In this document: piece after piece, positions 30,501 to 39,549 of the stretch | Layout of the letters: the number at the start of each line of letters is the position of its first letter | Numbering within the stretch: position 1 is the first letter of the stretch | DNA from: an uncultured bacterium | GTDB taxonomy: Bacteria; Actinomycetota; Acidimicrobiia; Spongiisociales; ZC4RG35 | NCBI GenBank assembly: GCA_963792365.1 | Contig: CAWBVW010000008.1 | Coordinates: 132,243 to 196,242, forward strand | DNA: 64,000 nt | Reading direction: 5' to 3' | Made by a program: the position numbers and the translations under genes | The notes under the pieces: model-generated | Seen by the model: only the letters and a program-made list of their open reading frames with translations | Databases searched by the model: none | Told to the model about the DNA's origin: nothing

Positions 30501-33197
30501 CGGCTCCCGCACGACCTCTGCGAGCCCGGCAACATCCAGCGCATGCACGTTCACGACCCGATCCTGCAGCGCCTCGCCGAAGGTGGGATCCATCAACGGC
30601 CTGTCGAAGAAGTCGGCGCGTAGCGTCGCGACCACTCTGACCACGGGTTTCGCCACTCTGGCCGCATCGGACAGGACTTCGAGAAACGCCTTGCGCTCGG
30701 CCTCGCTGACGGTCTGCGTGAAGACCTCCTCGAGCTGGTCGACCAGAAGGAGAACCACTTCGCCAGGGAGCAGCGCTGCGATCACGCCGGTCAGGTTGGT
30801 GTCGCCGGTACGCATCTTCTCCACGAGAGCCTCGGGACGTGATGGTGAGATTCGGGTCAGTGCGGTTGCAAGCTGTTCGAATGGATGGGCTCCCGGGAAC
30901 ATGTCGGTGACCAGCCATTGTTCCGAACCGTCGATTGCATTGCGTCGCAAGGCGGGGATCAGTCCGGCACGGACGACGGAGGACTTGCCGACGCCGGACG
31001 GTCCTACCACCAGCGTGAGGGCACCAGTCGTGACCTTGTTGACGGTCGCCTCGGTCAGTTCGTCGCGTGCGAAGAAGTCGCCTGCGTCTGCCTCGCCGAA
31101 CGCCGCAAGGCCCTTGTACGGGTTGCGGCGCTCTGTTCGGTCGAGGGGCGAGGTCGTGGCATCACCGCTTGCTTGCACGAGGTCCTCGATGAACTCGCGC
31201 ACATCCCGATGTCGTGCGAAAGGGTCGTGGTCGGTGGCTCGTGCGATCACCGCGGCTACGGATGGCCAGCCGGCGCCCGATCGGTCCCGCAGAAGCCATT
31301 CTGCGATCTTCCCGAGTCCGTAGACATCGGTTGCGATCGTGATCTCTCGCTCCGGCGGTGCGAAGACGTCGTGACGATCTGCCACCAGCCCGTCTATGAG
31401 GTGTGCCACCCCGAAACCAGTGACGTAGGGACGGTCGCCGGAGTCCAAAACGATCGCCGCCGGCGTCAGGGCTCCGTGCAGCACGCCGGCGTCGTGGGCG
31501 TGGGCGATTCCCAGTCCGACGGCCGCGACGATCGAGGTCGTCGTGTCGATGTCTGTACCGCCCGGCAGCGCGGCCTCGAGCGATCCGTGCGTAGCCAGGC
31601 GGGAAACAACGACCGCCTGCTCCGTGTTCCGCCAGAAGTCGAGGATCGGAAGGAGGTTTGGATGGTCGAGCCGGGCCACCCTCTGAAGCTCCGCCTCGAA
31701 GCGGCGGATGAAGTTCGGTTCGGACACCAGCGGTGTCTCGAATACCTGGAGACTCACCTCCCGCCCAAGTACATGGTGATATGCGCGGTATTCGGTGCTG
31801 TGGTCGTGGACGGCGAGCCGCTCGCGCAGCTCATAGCCGGCGACGCTTCGGTGCCCTGCGGGCACGGGCGGGGGGAGCCTGTCGAGATCCAGGGCCGGAA
31901 ACGACCGTTCGACGCCATCGATCAGCCCCTCGAACACCATCAGTGGTGCGTCGACGCCGGCGAAGCGATGGCGCCCCAAGGACTTGACTGACCATCCCAC
32001 GGCTCCGGCCTTACTGAGCGCCAGCTGCGCTTGCTCCGACAGAAGAATCTGGCCGGGGTGGGCTGCGGCTGCCAGGCGGGCTGACCGGCTCATTGGTGGC
32101 CCTGTGATCTCGCTGTTGCAAATCTCGACCTCACCGAAGTCGATCGCGACATTCATGTCGCGGGACGACACCGTGCGGGCAACTTCCAGCGCATCGCTCA
32201 CGTCGACGAAGGAGGCATACGCCGCAGTGCCGCGGATCCCAACGCTCTCGCCACCGTGCCGGTGGAGCTCGGTGTCGAGATCGTCGTTGCGCAAGGCGAG
32301 CGCTCGATCGCGCTCGGCGGGGGAGGCGTTCACCAGAGAGTCCGGAAGCTCAGTCGCCAGGATCGCCCGCCGCTCGACCAACGGATGAACATCGAGATCC
32401 AACGCAGGAGCTTGCAGGAGAATGGCCTCCTCGAGGTTTCGCACGGGTCTGCTTGGCTCGATGCCCAGCTCTTCCGCCAGGAAAGCCTCGAGCCGCCCAT
32501 ACGCCCTCAGCGCCTCTTGCTGGCGACCCGACCGGTAGAGGGCGAGCATTCGCTGAGCGTGGAACCGCTCCACGAAAGGATGCTCTGTGACCAACGCCTC
32601 CAACTCGCCGACGAGATCGTCATGCATACCCAGTGCGAGATCGGCATCTATCCGGGTCTGCAGCGCTCCCAATCGCAGCTCGTTCAATCGGGCAGCCTCA
32701 CCGTCGACCAACGGGCCGGCAACGACACCGGCGTACGGATGTCCACGCCACATCCCCAGGGCAGACCTCGTCAGCCGGGCAGCATCTCGAGGATCGTCCT
32801 CGAGTACGCCGGCTCCTTCGCGGTATGTCGATTCGAAGACGCGAGCATCTATCCGGATCGCATCAGGGAGCAAGCAGTAGGTATGGCCCTCACGGACGAC
32901 CACGCCACCGAGCTCCTGTCGCAGGTTCGAGATGTACGTGTGGATCGACCGCTTGGCCGAAGGAGAGGCATCGGGGCCGTAGATCTCGGTGATGAGCCGG
33001 TCCATGCTCAAACCGTTCTCGGCCGCCACCAGATTTGCCAAGACGGCGCGTTGCTTGGGGCCGCCGACCGAGAGCCGGTGGTCTCCCCTGCACACATCCA
33101 ATGGACCCAGAACCTGGACGTCCACCAACGAAGAATATGTGGCGGTCTCGGATGTTGAGGCGTCGGTCACGGCGCCAGCGTCGCACCAGGTTGTCAA
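27591..33197 (-). CDS. Giant multidomain protein: SARP-type wHTH + BTAD + degenerate cyclase-like + pseudokinase + STAND P-loop NTPase + 1 TM helix + C-terminal beta-propeller
   Basis: Single intact 1,868-aa ORF.
- aa ~25-110: OmpR/PhoB-type DNA-binding domain (VQVLGPLDV...KQRAVLANLV...IHTYISNLRQ).
- aa ~115-260: BTAD.
- aa ~320-430: class-III cyclase-like remnant (VAIDFGEVE...SRSARLAAAAHPGQILLSE).
- aa ~455-675: protein-kinase fold lacking G-loop, HRD and DFG (HGALTPAAIVL, TGFG).
- aa ~690-1130: STAND NTPase with NPYKGLAAFGEADAGDFFARDE and Walker A GPSGVGKSS.
- aa ~1155-1178: TM helix preceded by RRRRSRR (nt ~29660-29729).
- aa ~1200-1868: SPDG/SDDG-type propeller repeats. Confidence 0.8.
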   Translation of the reverse strand: MTTWCDAGAVTDASTSETATYSSLVDVQVLGPLDVCRGDHRLSVGGPKQRAVLANLVAAENGLSMDRLITEIYGPDASPSAKRSIHTYISNLRQELGGVVVREGHTYCLLPDAIRIDARVFESTYREGAGVLEDDPRDAARLTRSALGMWRGHPYAGVVAGPLVDGEAARLNELRLGALQTRIDADLALGMHDDLVGELEALVTEHPFVERFHAQRMLALYRSGRQQEALRAYGRLEAFLAEELGIEPSRPVRNLEEAILLQAPALDLDVHPLVERRAILATELPDSLVNASPAERDRALALRNDDLDTELHRHGGESVGIRGTAAYASFVDVSDALEVARTVSSRDMNVAIDFGEVEICNSEITGPPMSRSARLAAAAHPGQILLSEQAQLALSKAGAVGWSVKSLGRHRFAGVDAPLMVFEGLIDGVERSFPALDLDRLPPPVPAGHRSVAGYELRERLAVHDHSTEYRAYHHVLGREVSLQVFETPLVSEPNFIRRFEAELQRVARLDHPNLLPILDFWRNTEQAVVVSRLATHGSLEAALPGGTDIDTTTSIVAAVGLGIAHAHDAGVLHGALTPAAIVLDSGDRPYVTGFGVAHLIDGLVADRHDVFAPPEREITIATDVYGLGKIAEWLLRDRSGAGWPSVAAVIARATDHDPFARHRDVREFIEDLVQASGDATTSPLDRTERRNPYKGLAAFGEADAGDFFARDELTEATVNKVTTGALTLVVGPSGVGKSSVVRAGLIPALRRNAIDGSEQWLVTDMFPGAHPFEQLATALTRISPSRPEALVEKMRTGDTNLTGVIAALLPGEVVLLLVDQLEEVFTQTVSEAERKAFLEVLSDAARVAKPVVRVVATLRADFFDRPLMDPTFGEALQDRVVNVHALDVAGLAEVVREPARGVGAEIADDLVWTVAHDAAEGLGGLPLLQYALAGVFETRRTDRMTLEDYARTGGLHGSIAMRAEDVFAGLSPEDKALSTAVFTELVSVAEGVEDTRRRVALRDLQRLERSPGSIGRVLEAFATQRLLTFDRDAISRCPTVELAHEAVLAQWERLRSWIDEVRADLLTSRRVEQASREWEESGRDPSFLIGGARLEHAEGVASQSPHRPGTTAVEFLEESRKVEDLARHRRRRSRRNVIVALTAGLIIVTALGIAAAVQGRAAELRALDNRVAELTSEAQRATEEDPDLAINLALAAYEASHDIDPIPPSVTQALQATLLGSHLESVIPHGALVFSSDGLTAAIEDGDRRSVLRLFDVPSGEEIANREFGFEIGSVAHHPTEPLLAVAPEMSSGAGPALVIVDAATLATVEEVGAGRGAYGLSFSDDGSLVAGVDPAGTLRIWDTANPTTERQIAIPRPIEVYGGSTGGTFVPGTSRIAVAIGDAVLLVDGRTGSEVDRVELPEDGYVHLAAHPDGDTLALSNRTGTRVDLISLSTGAVQSLGGFISPMDLAISPDGTTMVVGGTAAIATAIDLRTLERTPLPGHGGGATAVAAAEGRVLVQSRDRGLHIWRSDGPVPGDGSLRLDEGELWWTAFSPDGARAATMALPPEANSASVSLVDTATGRVLHRHHFASLPWAWPQISEDGELAVGLNADTGVAEVVETETGSVLLPLRPCEAPRSINHAANVVAVVGDCTVHPAGVDPDRPPRTGVIDLASGDLILHIPFQPQGLVVVGEPGTPSEDLVLVAAPRAELQLWRLSTGSRLSSWNAPDATLLDGILALRFFEDGSAIVFGEQNGRLAVFDTAMIQAGASLDEAVRFAIQGHAGAIGFAVGYGDYVVTSSAEIRLRDAHTGEPLLEVGRVGRSGVAMASDGSAFYYDAGHGLLQRVPLTADELAAQARSRVTRGFNDDECIRFFGADKCPGPTVE

Positions 33198-33466
33198 GGA
33201 GCGTTCAAGACGAGTGCCGACACGAGGGGTGGGTCGGCGAGCTCCTTGGGATCACGGACAACAGGAGAACGGGTGTTCGGCCCGCTCCGTTCGGGGGTGG
33301 AATTGGCAGCGGATGGATCGACCGGTTCCTCGACCCGTCTCCACGGGTCTTTGCTCGTATGCTCGAACATCGGTAGATCGTGGCCGTTCCTCCGGTCCAG
33401 CACATGGTGAACCGTAAGATCGCAGCCAGGCGGCATCACGAGCGACTGCCGAGGGAGGTGCCAGCG

Positions 33467-34597
33467 ATGAGCGCTCGTCCTACGGTTCTCGCTGTTTTGT
33501 TGGTGTTGGTGGGAGGGTTGGCTGGCTGCGTCAGTGAGCCCTCGGATGTCGCAGATACCACCGAAGTCGCAGAGCCGACAACCACGACTACGGCCCCGAT
33601 CCGAGCAGACGTCCAGACCATTCTGTCGAACTGGGTCGAGGCCGAAGAGGTCATCGGCGCAGTCGCCGCGGTCGGAAGGTCCGGTGAAGATCCTTTCATC
33701 GCCGCAGCTGGATGGTCGAATCAAGAGAGCACCTCGACGTCATCCTCGGCTGAGGCGTTCCGCATAGGTAGCGTCACCAAGCTGTTCACGGCCGCCCTGG
33801 TTCTGGATCTCGTCGAAGACGGTGTCGTCGGCCTCGAGGACCCGGTGGGCCACTACGTGGCCGACGCCCCCGACAACCTCACCATCGAACATCTGTTGAG
33901 CCACGCGAGCGGGCTGCCCGACCTGGACGTTGCTGAGAACGTGATGCCGGCGATCATGGATCCGTCCACCGTGGAAACTCCCGACGAAGTGATCGAGAAA
34001 GCCCTTGCTGAGGGCCTGAATCGCGAGCCGGGCATTCAACAGAGGTATTCCAGCACCAACTATCTGATCCTTGGCGCCATCGTCGAGTCGGCAACCGGGC
34101 AAACCTACGAATCGACCCTTCACGACAACGTGCTGGAACCGCTCGGACTCGACAACACCGGCTTCGAGGGACCTGATACCAATCTCGCGACACCGTATGA
34201 ACGGCCAGGCCCCGGACAGCCCAAGTTTCCATTGAATGAGTTTCCTACCGACATCGCGGTGCGAGCTTCGTGGTCGGCTGGGGGACTCGTTTCCACCGCG
34301 GAGGACCTGGTTGTGTTCACCGAGGCGTTGTTCGGCGGCGACCTCCTGTCGCCTGACACGCTCGCCCTGATGCTCGACACCTCATCGGGACCGCGTTCCG
34401 GCTACGGACTGGGCGTGTCCGAATACCCAATGGGAGACGGAGTCGTCTACGGGCACAACGGACGCAGCATCGGGTTTGCGAGCAGCCTCCGCCACGATCC
34501 CTCTACCGGGATCACGGTGATCGTCCTCTCCAACGACGGAACCGCGCCCACAAGCGACCTCGCCACAGAGCTCCTGCTGGCCGAGGGGCGAGGCTGA
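33467..34597 (+). CDS. Serine hydrolase lipoprotein (beta-lactamase/DD-peptidase S12 family)
   Basis: Start at MSARPTVLAVLLVLVGGLAGC (lipobox). SVTK active-site motif. Divergent from the giant gene. Confidence 0.7.
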   Translation: MSARPTVLAVLLVLVGGLAGCVSEPSDVADTTEVAEPTTTTTAPIRADVQTILSNWVEAEEVIGAVAAVGRSGEDPFIAAAGWSNQESTSTSSSAEAFRIGSVTKLFTAALVLDLVEDGVVGLEDPVGHYVADAPDNLTIEHLLSHASGLPDLDVAENVMPAIMDPSTVETPDEVIEKALAEGLNREPGIQQRYSSTNYLILGAIVESATGQTYESTLHDNVLEPLGLDNTGFEGPDTNLATPYERPGPGQPKFPLNEFPTDIAVRASWSAGGLVSTAEDLVVFTEALFGGDLLSPDTLALMLDTSSGPRSGYGLGVSEYPMGDGVVYGHNGRSIGFASSLRHDPSTGITVIVLSNDGTAPTSDLATELLLAEGRG

Positions 34598-34916
34598 CGA
34601 CGCAACGTCGCTCTCCACACCGGCACCGCCGAGTGTCTGAACGAACGATCGGCGGATCTCGGCGAGATCCTCGAGATCGCCCAGGATGAGATCGAGTCCG
34701 AACTCGAACTCGTTGTGGAAGCTGTACTCGGATGCGTCCGGTGGGCTTTTCACGCCCGCGAGATGTCTAGGCCGAAACTCAACGTGATGTCTGGTCATTG
34801 CGGGTCGGGCGTGGAGTCCAAGCCCGCTACTCGATAGCGCTTGGCTGCCGAAGCTGCAGGCTCGGGACCGGCAACGAGCCAGCAGCCGATGAATCGGCTG
34901 CCGGGCCATGGTCCGC

Positions 34917-36755
34917 TTACGTCCGTGCGCTGCGTAGTCGTTGGTGGGCCGAGATGAGGCCGAGGTGCGTGAACGCCTGGGGGAAGTTGCCCAGGAACTC
35001 CTGGGTTCCGACATCGTATTCTTCGGCGAACAGACCAAGGTCGTTGCCTGTGTCGGCCAAGTCGGCGAAGAGCTTTTCCGCTTCGTCGATCCGACCCTGG
35101 AGTGCCAGTACCTCGACCAGCCAAAACGAACAGAGGAGGAATACGCCCTCCTCGGCCCCGCCTTTGGCCCGCTCCACGGTCTCGACGGTCTCGTTGCGGA
35201 ATCGGCGCAGAAACCCGCTCGGCGGGACACCGAGTTGATCGATGATCAAATCGGTCGTGTGGCGCATGCGCTCGTCATCGGCAGCTATGAAACCGACGAG
35301 GGGCAGTTTGAGCAGGCTTGCGTCCAAATCATCGGTGCCGTAGTACTGCACGAAGTGCTGGCCGCTTGCGTCAACACCAAGCGTCTCGACGTCGCGGCGA
35401 ACCTCCTCCCGGGCTGCCCGCCACCGTTCGACCGACACATGCGCGAAGCCGTGGTCCTCGACGAGCCGTACCCCTCGATCGAGCGCCACCCAGATCATGA
35501 CCTTGGAGTGGACGTAGTGACGGGTGGGACCCCGCAGCTCCCAGATACCCGAGTCGGTCGAACCCCTGCGCGATTCGGCTTCGTCCACGATGGAGCTCAG
35601 GAATTGCCACTCGTCCTCGTCGATCGCCGCACCGCGCTTGTGCCAGAGATGAGCCGCGTCCAGCAGTTGGCCGTAGACGTCGAGTTGGGTTTGGGAGGCG
35701 GCACCGTTGCCTGAGCGCACCGGGCGTGAGCCACGCCACCCGTAGAGGTCCAGCTCGATCTCTGGCAGCAGCCGCTCACCATACGGGCCGTACATGATCT
35801 GCAGGTCGGCACCGTGACCGGCGGCCGAGCGCATGATGAAGTCACGGAACCCTCTGGCTACTTCCTGATGCCCTACTGCAGCGAGAGCGGATAGCGCCAT
35901 CGTCGAGTCTCGCACCCAGCTGTATCGGTAGTCCCAGTTGGAGCCTCCGCCCGGAATCTCGGGGAGCGAGGTGGTGGGTGCTGCGATGACGGCGCCCGTC
36001 GGGGCACACGTGAGACCCTTGAGCACGAGCGCCGATCGATCGAGCAGATCTCGGTATTCACCGTCTGCCTCGGTGCGCGTCGACCAGGCCGCCCACCATT
36101 CCACCGTTTGGGCGAGCCGACCTTCGACGTCGCCCATGCGATCCGGGTGCGTGTCCACGAGGTGAGCCGGAACCGACAAGACGCTGATCGCAACCTCGTC
36201 GCCGGCGGCGAGATCGAGCCGACCGGACAGACGACAGCGATCGCGGTCGACGGTCAGTGGGAACACACTCTCGATGATGATGGCCTCACTGCCTCCGACG
36301 GCGGTGTAGTGGCCGTGCTCGTGGCGGCGTAGCCATGGTCTCGTCGCTCCGTAGTCGAAACGTGGCTCCACCACGATCTCGACTTCAACCCGGCCGCCGA
36401 GGACTTCGACCACCCGGAGTAGCTCGCTGTTGGTCTTGGAGGCACCGCCAACCGCCATGGCAAACGCGTCCGTACACCGGATCGAACCCTCGTGGGTCGA
36501 CAGGATCGTCTCCAGTACCATCGTCCCGGGTCGATAGCGACGCTCCGCATGGACGATGGGGTCGACCGGCCGAATCGAAAAGAACCCGCCTCGTTCAGTG
36601 TCGAGAATGCGGGCGAACGTGCTGGGGGCATCGAAGCGTCGAAGACACGCCCAGTCGATCGATCCCTCGAGACTGACGAGCGCGGTCGAATGGCAATCGG
36701 ACAGGAACCCGTAGTCGGCGATCGGGCGGTATCTGGTGTGCGGGGAGTCCGTCAA
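34917..36755 (-). CDS. Glycoside hydrolase family 15 (glucoamylase/trehalase-like)
   Basis: 612 aa: YGFLSDCHSTALVS, WDYRYSWVRDS, and a characteristic (alpha/alpha)6 barrel C-terminus. Confidence 0.75.
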   Translation of the reverse strand: MTDSPHTRYRPIADYGFLSDCHSTALVSLEGSIDWACLRRFDAPSTFARILDTERGGFFSIRPVDPIVHAERRYRPGTMVLETILSTHEGSIRCTDAFAMAVGGASKTNSELLRVVEVLGGRVEVEIVVEPRFDYGATRPWLRRHEHGHYTAVGGSEAIIIESVFPLTVDRDRCRLSGRLDLAAGDEVAISVLSVPAHLVDTHPDRMGDVEGRLAQTVEWWAAWSTRTEADGEYRDLLDRSALVLKGLTCAPTGAVIAAPTTSLPEIPGGGSNWDYRYSWVRDSTMALSALAAVGHQEVARGFRDFIMRSAAGHGADLQIMYGPYGERLLPEIELDLYGWRGSRPVRSGNGAASQTQLDVYGQLLDAAHLWHKRGAAIDEDEWQFLSSIVDEAESRRGSTDSGIWELRGPTRHYVHSKVMIWVALDRGVRLVEDHGFAHVSVERWRAAREEVRRDVETLGVDASGQHFVQYYGTDDLDASLLKLPLVGFIAADDERMRHTTDLIIDQLGVPPSGFLRRFRNETVETVERAKGGAEEGVFLLCSFWLVEVLALQGRIDEAEKLFADLADTGNDLGLFAEEYDVGTQEFLGNFPQAFTHLGLISAHQRLRSART

Positions 36756-37143
36756 GAAGTGTCCTCACGGGGTGTGTCGGATCCGCCCATGCGAACGATC
36801 CTGCGACACCGGATCATACGGCGCCGGTCACCGTCCGCTTCGTCGCCGGTTGTCGTCCCCATTCGAGGGTCAGCCCGGGCCCCCCGATTCTTCGGAGTAG
36901 CGGACGCCCGCCCGACACGCCATTGCCGTGAGAAGTTCAACGGTGATCAGAGTGATCGCAGGCTACCTGGTCCAACGAAGGGTCACATTGGTGAATCGGT
37001 CCCTCGAGTAGGCGGACGAGCGGTCCCCGGCAAGCATCGATGCGTGAGGCGAGGTACTCGGCAGGCCTCTCCACCGGACGTCAGGGCCGCTAGGTCCGTC
37101 GAAGTGGACGATGATTCATCCAGGCACGACCCAGGAGGCGTCC

Positions 37144-37719
37144 ATGGAAGATGTCCGCGATCTCCACAACCGTTCGATCGCCGGGTTCACGAAGGCGGTG
37201 GCCGAAATCGGAGATGACGCCTGGGCCCGCGCGACGCCGTGTGACGGATGGTCCGTGCGCGACCTCGTCAACCATGTCGTCGCCGAAGAGCTGTGGACGG
37301 CACCATTGTTGGAGGGCCGCACCATCGTCGAAGTCGGCGACCGCTACGACGGAGACGTCCTCGGGCTCGACCCGGTCAAGGCGGCCGGTCAGGCCGGCGA
37401 AGCGGCGGTCCGAGCGGCCGAACGAGTTGATCTGGATGCCACGGTCCATCTGTCGTTCGGAGATGTCCCGGCCCGGTTCTACCTCGAGCAGCTCTTTGCC
37501 GACCACGTGGTCCACGCGTGGGACCTCAGTGCAGCAACCGGCGGCGCCTATCCGATGGAGGCCGATCTCGTGGACGAGTGCACCCGCTGGTTCGAACGGC
37601 ACGAGGATGAGTATCGAGCGGCCGGCGTCATCGGGAATCGGCCGACGGAGCTTCCCGATGGCGGGTTGGCGCGGTTGCTCGTCATGTTCGGACGCGAACC
37701 GAACTGGGCAAGTCAGTGA
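37144..37719 (+). CDS. TIGR03086/DinB_2-like (mycothiol-dependent maleylpyruvate isomerase N-terminal domain) protein
   Basis: An aggagg RBS precedes the ATG at 37144. CDGWSVRDLVNHVVAEELW motif. Confidence 0.6.
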   Translation: MEDVRDLHNRSIAGFTKAVAEIGDDAWARATPCDGWSVRDLVNHVVAEELWTAPLLEGRTIVEVGDRYDGDVLGLDPVKAAGQAGEAAVRAAERVDLDATVHLSFGDVPARFYLEQLFADHVVHAWDLSAATGGAYPMEADLVDECTRWFERHEDEYRAAGVIGNRPTELPDGGLARLLVMFGREPNWASQ

Positions 37720-38057
37720 CCCCTTCGCAGGTGGTGGCGGCGTTCAACGGCGCCGTCGAACGGAAGGACCTCGCCGCCGTCGCCGACCTGCTGACCGATG
37801 ACACGGTGTTCGAGTCGACGGGCGCGCCCGACGGAGTCACGCACCGTGGCCGCGAAGCTGTGGTGGCGTTCTGGGCGGCGTTCTTCGCCGACAATCCAGA
37901 CGCGAGCTTCGATATCGAAGAAGAACTCGTGATCGGTGACCGGGTGGTGACACGGTGGTCGTATCGGTGGACGCCGTCGGATCACGTCCGCGGTGTGGAC
38001 CTCTTCAAGGTCAGCGGTGACGGCATCGCCGAGAAGCTCTCGTATGTGAAGGGCTGA
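37716..38057 (+). CDS. SnoaL-like / NTF2-fold protein
   Basis: GTGA overlap with the preceding gene. VVAAFNGAVERKDLAAVADLLTDDTVFES. Confidence 0.6.
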   Translation: MTPSQVVAAFNGAVERKDLAAVADLLTDDTVFESTGAPDGVTHRGREAVVAFWAAFFADNPDASFDIEEELVIGDRVVTRWSYRWTPSDHVRGVDLFKVSGDGIAEKLSYVKG

Positions 38058-38102
38058 CGAGGGCTACCGCTGTCCGACCTGGGGCAAGCCTCGCAGACGC
38101 CC

Positions 38103-38489
38103 GTGCGAGACTCGCTCCGAGACCAAAACTACGATCGGAGTCCTGTGATACCCGATGACGACCTCGCGGTGATCCGGCGTTGGATCGATGGACGGAACGA
38201 CGCCCTCCCGGAAGTGGCTCGAGGTGAGGTCCGGTTCGAGATCGATGTGACCGACGAATCGATCACCATTCTCGAGTGCCGGCCACCCTGGACCGACGAC
38301 ATGGGGCCTGAGTGGACCAGGCACCCGGCTGCACGTCTTCGCTACTCCATGCCTCGCAAGGAGTGGTCGCTGTACTGGCTGGACCGGGACCTCGGGTTCC
38401 ATGAATACGACCTCGTGCGCCCGACCAGACACGTCGAACGACTCCTCGCCGAAATCGACAGCGACCCCACGGCGATCTTCTGGGGCTGA
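38103..38489 (+). CDS. DUF3024-like protein
   Basis: 128 aa: VRFEIDVTDESITILECRPPW...EWSLYWLDRDLGFHEYD. Confidence 0.5.
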   Translation: MRDSLRDQNYDRSPVIPDDDLAVIRRWIDGRNDALPEVARGEVRFEIDVTDESITILECRPPWTDDMGPEWTRHPAARLRYSMPRKEWSLYWLDRDLGFHEYDLVRPTRHVERLLAEIDSDPTAIFWG

Positions 38490-38638
38490 GAGGCGGACCC
38501 TGCGGGACTCCGAATGGACGACCCCGACCCAGGTCGCCAGGAATCGTTTGACTCCGACGTGGGCCTGACCTGGTGTCTCGGACCCAGCGCATGTCATCGG
38601 GGGAGTCAACAGATCCTCTAGAAACTCGATCACCCCCC

Positions 38639-38668
38639 TTGACAACAGTTAGCCGAATGGCTTATAGT
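38639..38668 (+). promoter_or_regulatory. Near-consensus sigma-A promoter (TTGACA-18-TATAGT) giving leaderless arsR-like transcript
   Basis: TTGACA at 38639-38644 and TATAGT at 38663-38668. The ATG at 38675 is 7 nt downstream, which implies a leaderless mRNA. Confidence 0.5.
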
Positions 38669-38674
38669 TAGCTC

Positions 38675-39040
38675 ATGCGGAAACTATCCGGGAGCGATCA
38701 GACCTCATCTCAGCTCGACGCCGTGTTCTTCGCCCTGTCAGATCCCACCCGGCGGGCGATCCTCGAGCGTCTCGCCCTGGGGGAGGCGACGGTGGGGACG
38801 GTGGCGGAGCCACACGACATGGCGATGCCGTCGATCTCCAAACACGTCAAGGTTCTCGAAACGGCCGGTCTGATCAACAGGCGGGTCGAAGGACGCGAGC
38901 ACTGGCTGCGTCTTGCGCCGGAGGGGTTTGCGACACCCGCGGAGTGGTTCACCCACTACCAGCAGTTCTGGTCTGGCAGTGTCGACCGGCTGGAGCGGCT
39001 GCTCGATGAGCTCGAAACAGAGAGAGGACACGACACATGA
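38675..39040 (+). CDS. ArsR/SmtB-family transcriptional regulator
   Basis: LSDPTRRAILERLALGEATVGTVAEPHDMAMPSISKHVKVLETAGLI. Confidence 0.75.
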   Translation: MRKLSGSDQTSSQLDAVFFALSDPTRRAILERLALGEATVGTVAEPHDMAMPSISKHVKVLETAGLINRRVEGREHWLRLAPEGFATPAEWFTHYQQFWSGSVDRLERLLDELETERGHDT

Positions 39041-39468
39041 GTGCTCGAGACCTGCTGGTTGCAATCGACCGGGTTCTTCCCGCACCACCCGAGAGGGTCT
39101 ACGAGGCCCTGACCAAACCGGATCTGTTCGCACGTTGGATGGGCCCGGAGGGTTCTGAGGTCACCGTCGAAGAGCTGACTCTGACCCTGGGGGGTCGGCT
39201 GGCCTTTGTGGTGGCGCTGCCCGATGGGGGCCCGCAGTTCCGGTTGTTCGGGTTCTACGAGGAGATCGATCCGCCTCACAGGTTGGTCCACAGTTGGGCC
39301 ATGGAAGGGGACGATGAAGTCTCCACCGTGGTCTTCGAGTTGGAGCCGCACGGAGAAGGCACCCGCCTGCAGCTGAAGCATCACGGGCTGACCCGTCCCG
39401 AGGACGTGGCCCAGAACGAGGGCGGCTGGCAGCACCAACTGGACAGGCTCGAAGCACTCCTCACCTAG
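39037..39468 (+). CDS. SRPBCC / AHSA1 (activator of Hsp90 ATPase homolog)-like protein
   Basis: ATGA overlap with arsR, the canonical ArsR-AHSA1 pair. Confidence 0.7.
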   Translation: MSARDLLVAIDRVLPAPPERVYEALTKPDLFARWMGPEGSEVTVEELTLTLGGRLAFVVALPDGGPQFRLFGFYEEIDPPHRLVHSWAMEGDDEVSTVVFELEPHGEGTRLQLKHHGLTRPEDVAQNEGGWQHQLDRLEALLT

Positions 39469-39549
39469 CTGCGACCCACCTCCGAACACGACACGGGGCC
39501 ACCGGCCCCTGATTCAACCTGCCCTCATGGCGAACGAAAGGACTCAGCA

